64,000 nt of DNA from Felis catus. Taxonomy: Eukaryota. Below, piece by piece: positions 63,426-64,000 of the stretch (its first letter is position 1; every line of letters starts with the position of its first letter). Location: NCBI RefSeq assembly GCF_018350175.1, contig NC_058368.1, positions 141,424,001 through 141,488,000 on the forward strand, given 5' to 3'. A program made the position numbers and the translations under genes. The notes under the pieces were generated by a model. The model was not told where the DNA came from. It did no database searches and saw only the letters and a program-made list of their open reading frames with translations.

Positions 63426-64000
63426 GTATCAGCAGATCCCGAGATCATTTACAGGTTCAATGATTTCCAAGAACAACTCAGAACCCAGAAAAACTGTATA
63501 CTCACCATTATGATTTAATGCACTGAAAATACATAGGGTTAAAATCAGCAAGGGAAAATGTGCATAGTGTAATCTAGGAGACACCATGCTCAACTTGACC
63601 TCTCCCAGGGGAATCAGAGTAGCAGCACTTAATCCTCCCAGCAATGATGTATAACAACACATGCAAACAACTGCCAACAGGGGAAAGGCCAGGGAAACTC
63701 ACCCAAGTCTTAGTGTCCCGGGGTCCACCCCAGCTCTACTGAGATATTAACATATCTCATATACATATACAGAGGGTTTGGTTGCGATGGGGAGAGTGGG
63801 GGACCAGTCATCACATATAGGCATGGAACACCTGTCAGACTGACCTCAGCTAATCAATCTCCAGTGCAGCCCCTCCCACCACTACCTCCAAACTGATAAA
63901 GCATGTGGCCCAGGGCCACAGGTGAACAAAAGCACATGTTTACCAGAATTCACACTGTTAGCAAAAACTTAGCAGGCATGGTCCACAGCCTCATGTATGC
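63426..64000 (-). mobile_element. MER77/MER21-like ERVL LTR (runs off the window)
   Basis: CAGGTTCAATGATT..AAAATCAGCAAGGGAAAA..CTTAATCCTCCCAGCAATGATGT matches the recalled reverse consensus. Confidence 0.65.

Overview
A 64-kb AT-rich mammalian window dominated by transposons. It is almost certainly felid, because it carries about 28 tRNA-derived Can-SINEs of the SINEC_Fc type and carnivore-type LINE-1s. I cannot support any host protein-coding exon, RNA gene or CRISPR array, and the ORF track is mostly explained by L1 fragments, SINEs and microsatellites. The main elements are a full-length but disrupted L1 (41722-48587, 16-bp TSD), a twin-primed 5'-inverted L1 (6683-8058), nested older L1s, several solo LTRs, and ancient MER/MIR/L2 relics. 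A repeat-poor island at about 29.4-40.7 kb may be regulatory. The most unusual signals are structural: a long inverted repeat with a 31-bp perfect core (1311-1457), several templated fold-back or micro-inversion scars (13778, 25113, 41391, 47721, 58588, 58667, 63740), one target site used by both a SINE and an L1, and spatial segregation of two young SINE variants. I found no convincing new gene system. Repeat family names come from recalled consensus features rather than a database search, and boundaries of old elements are approximate.
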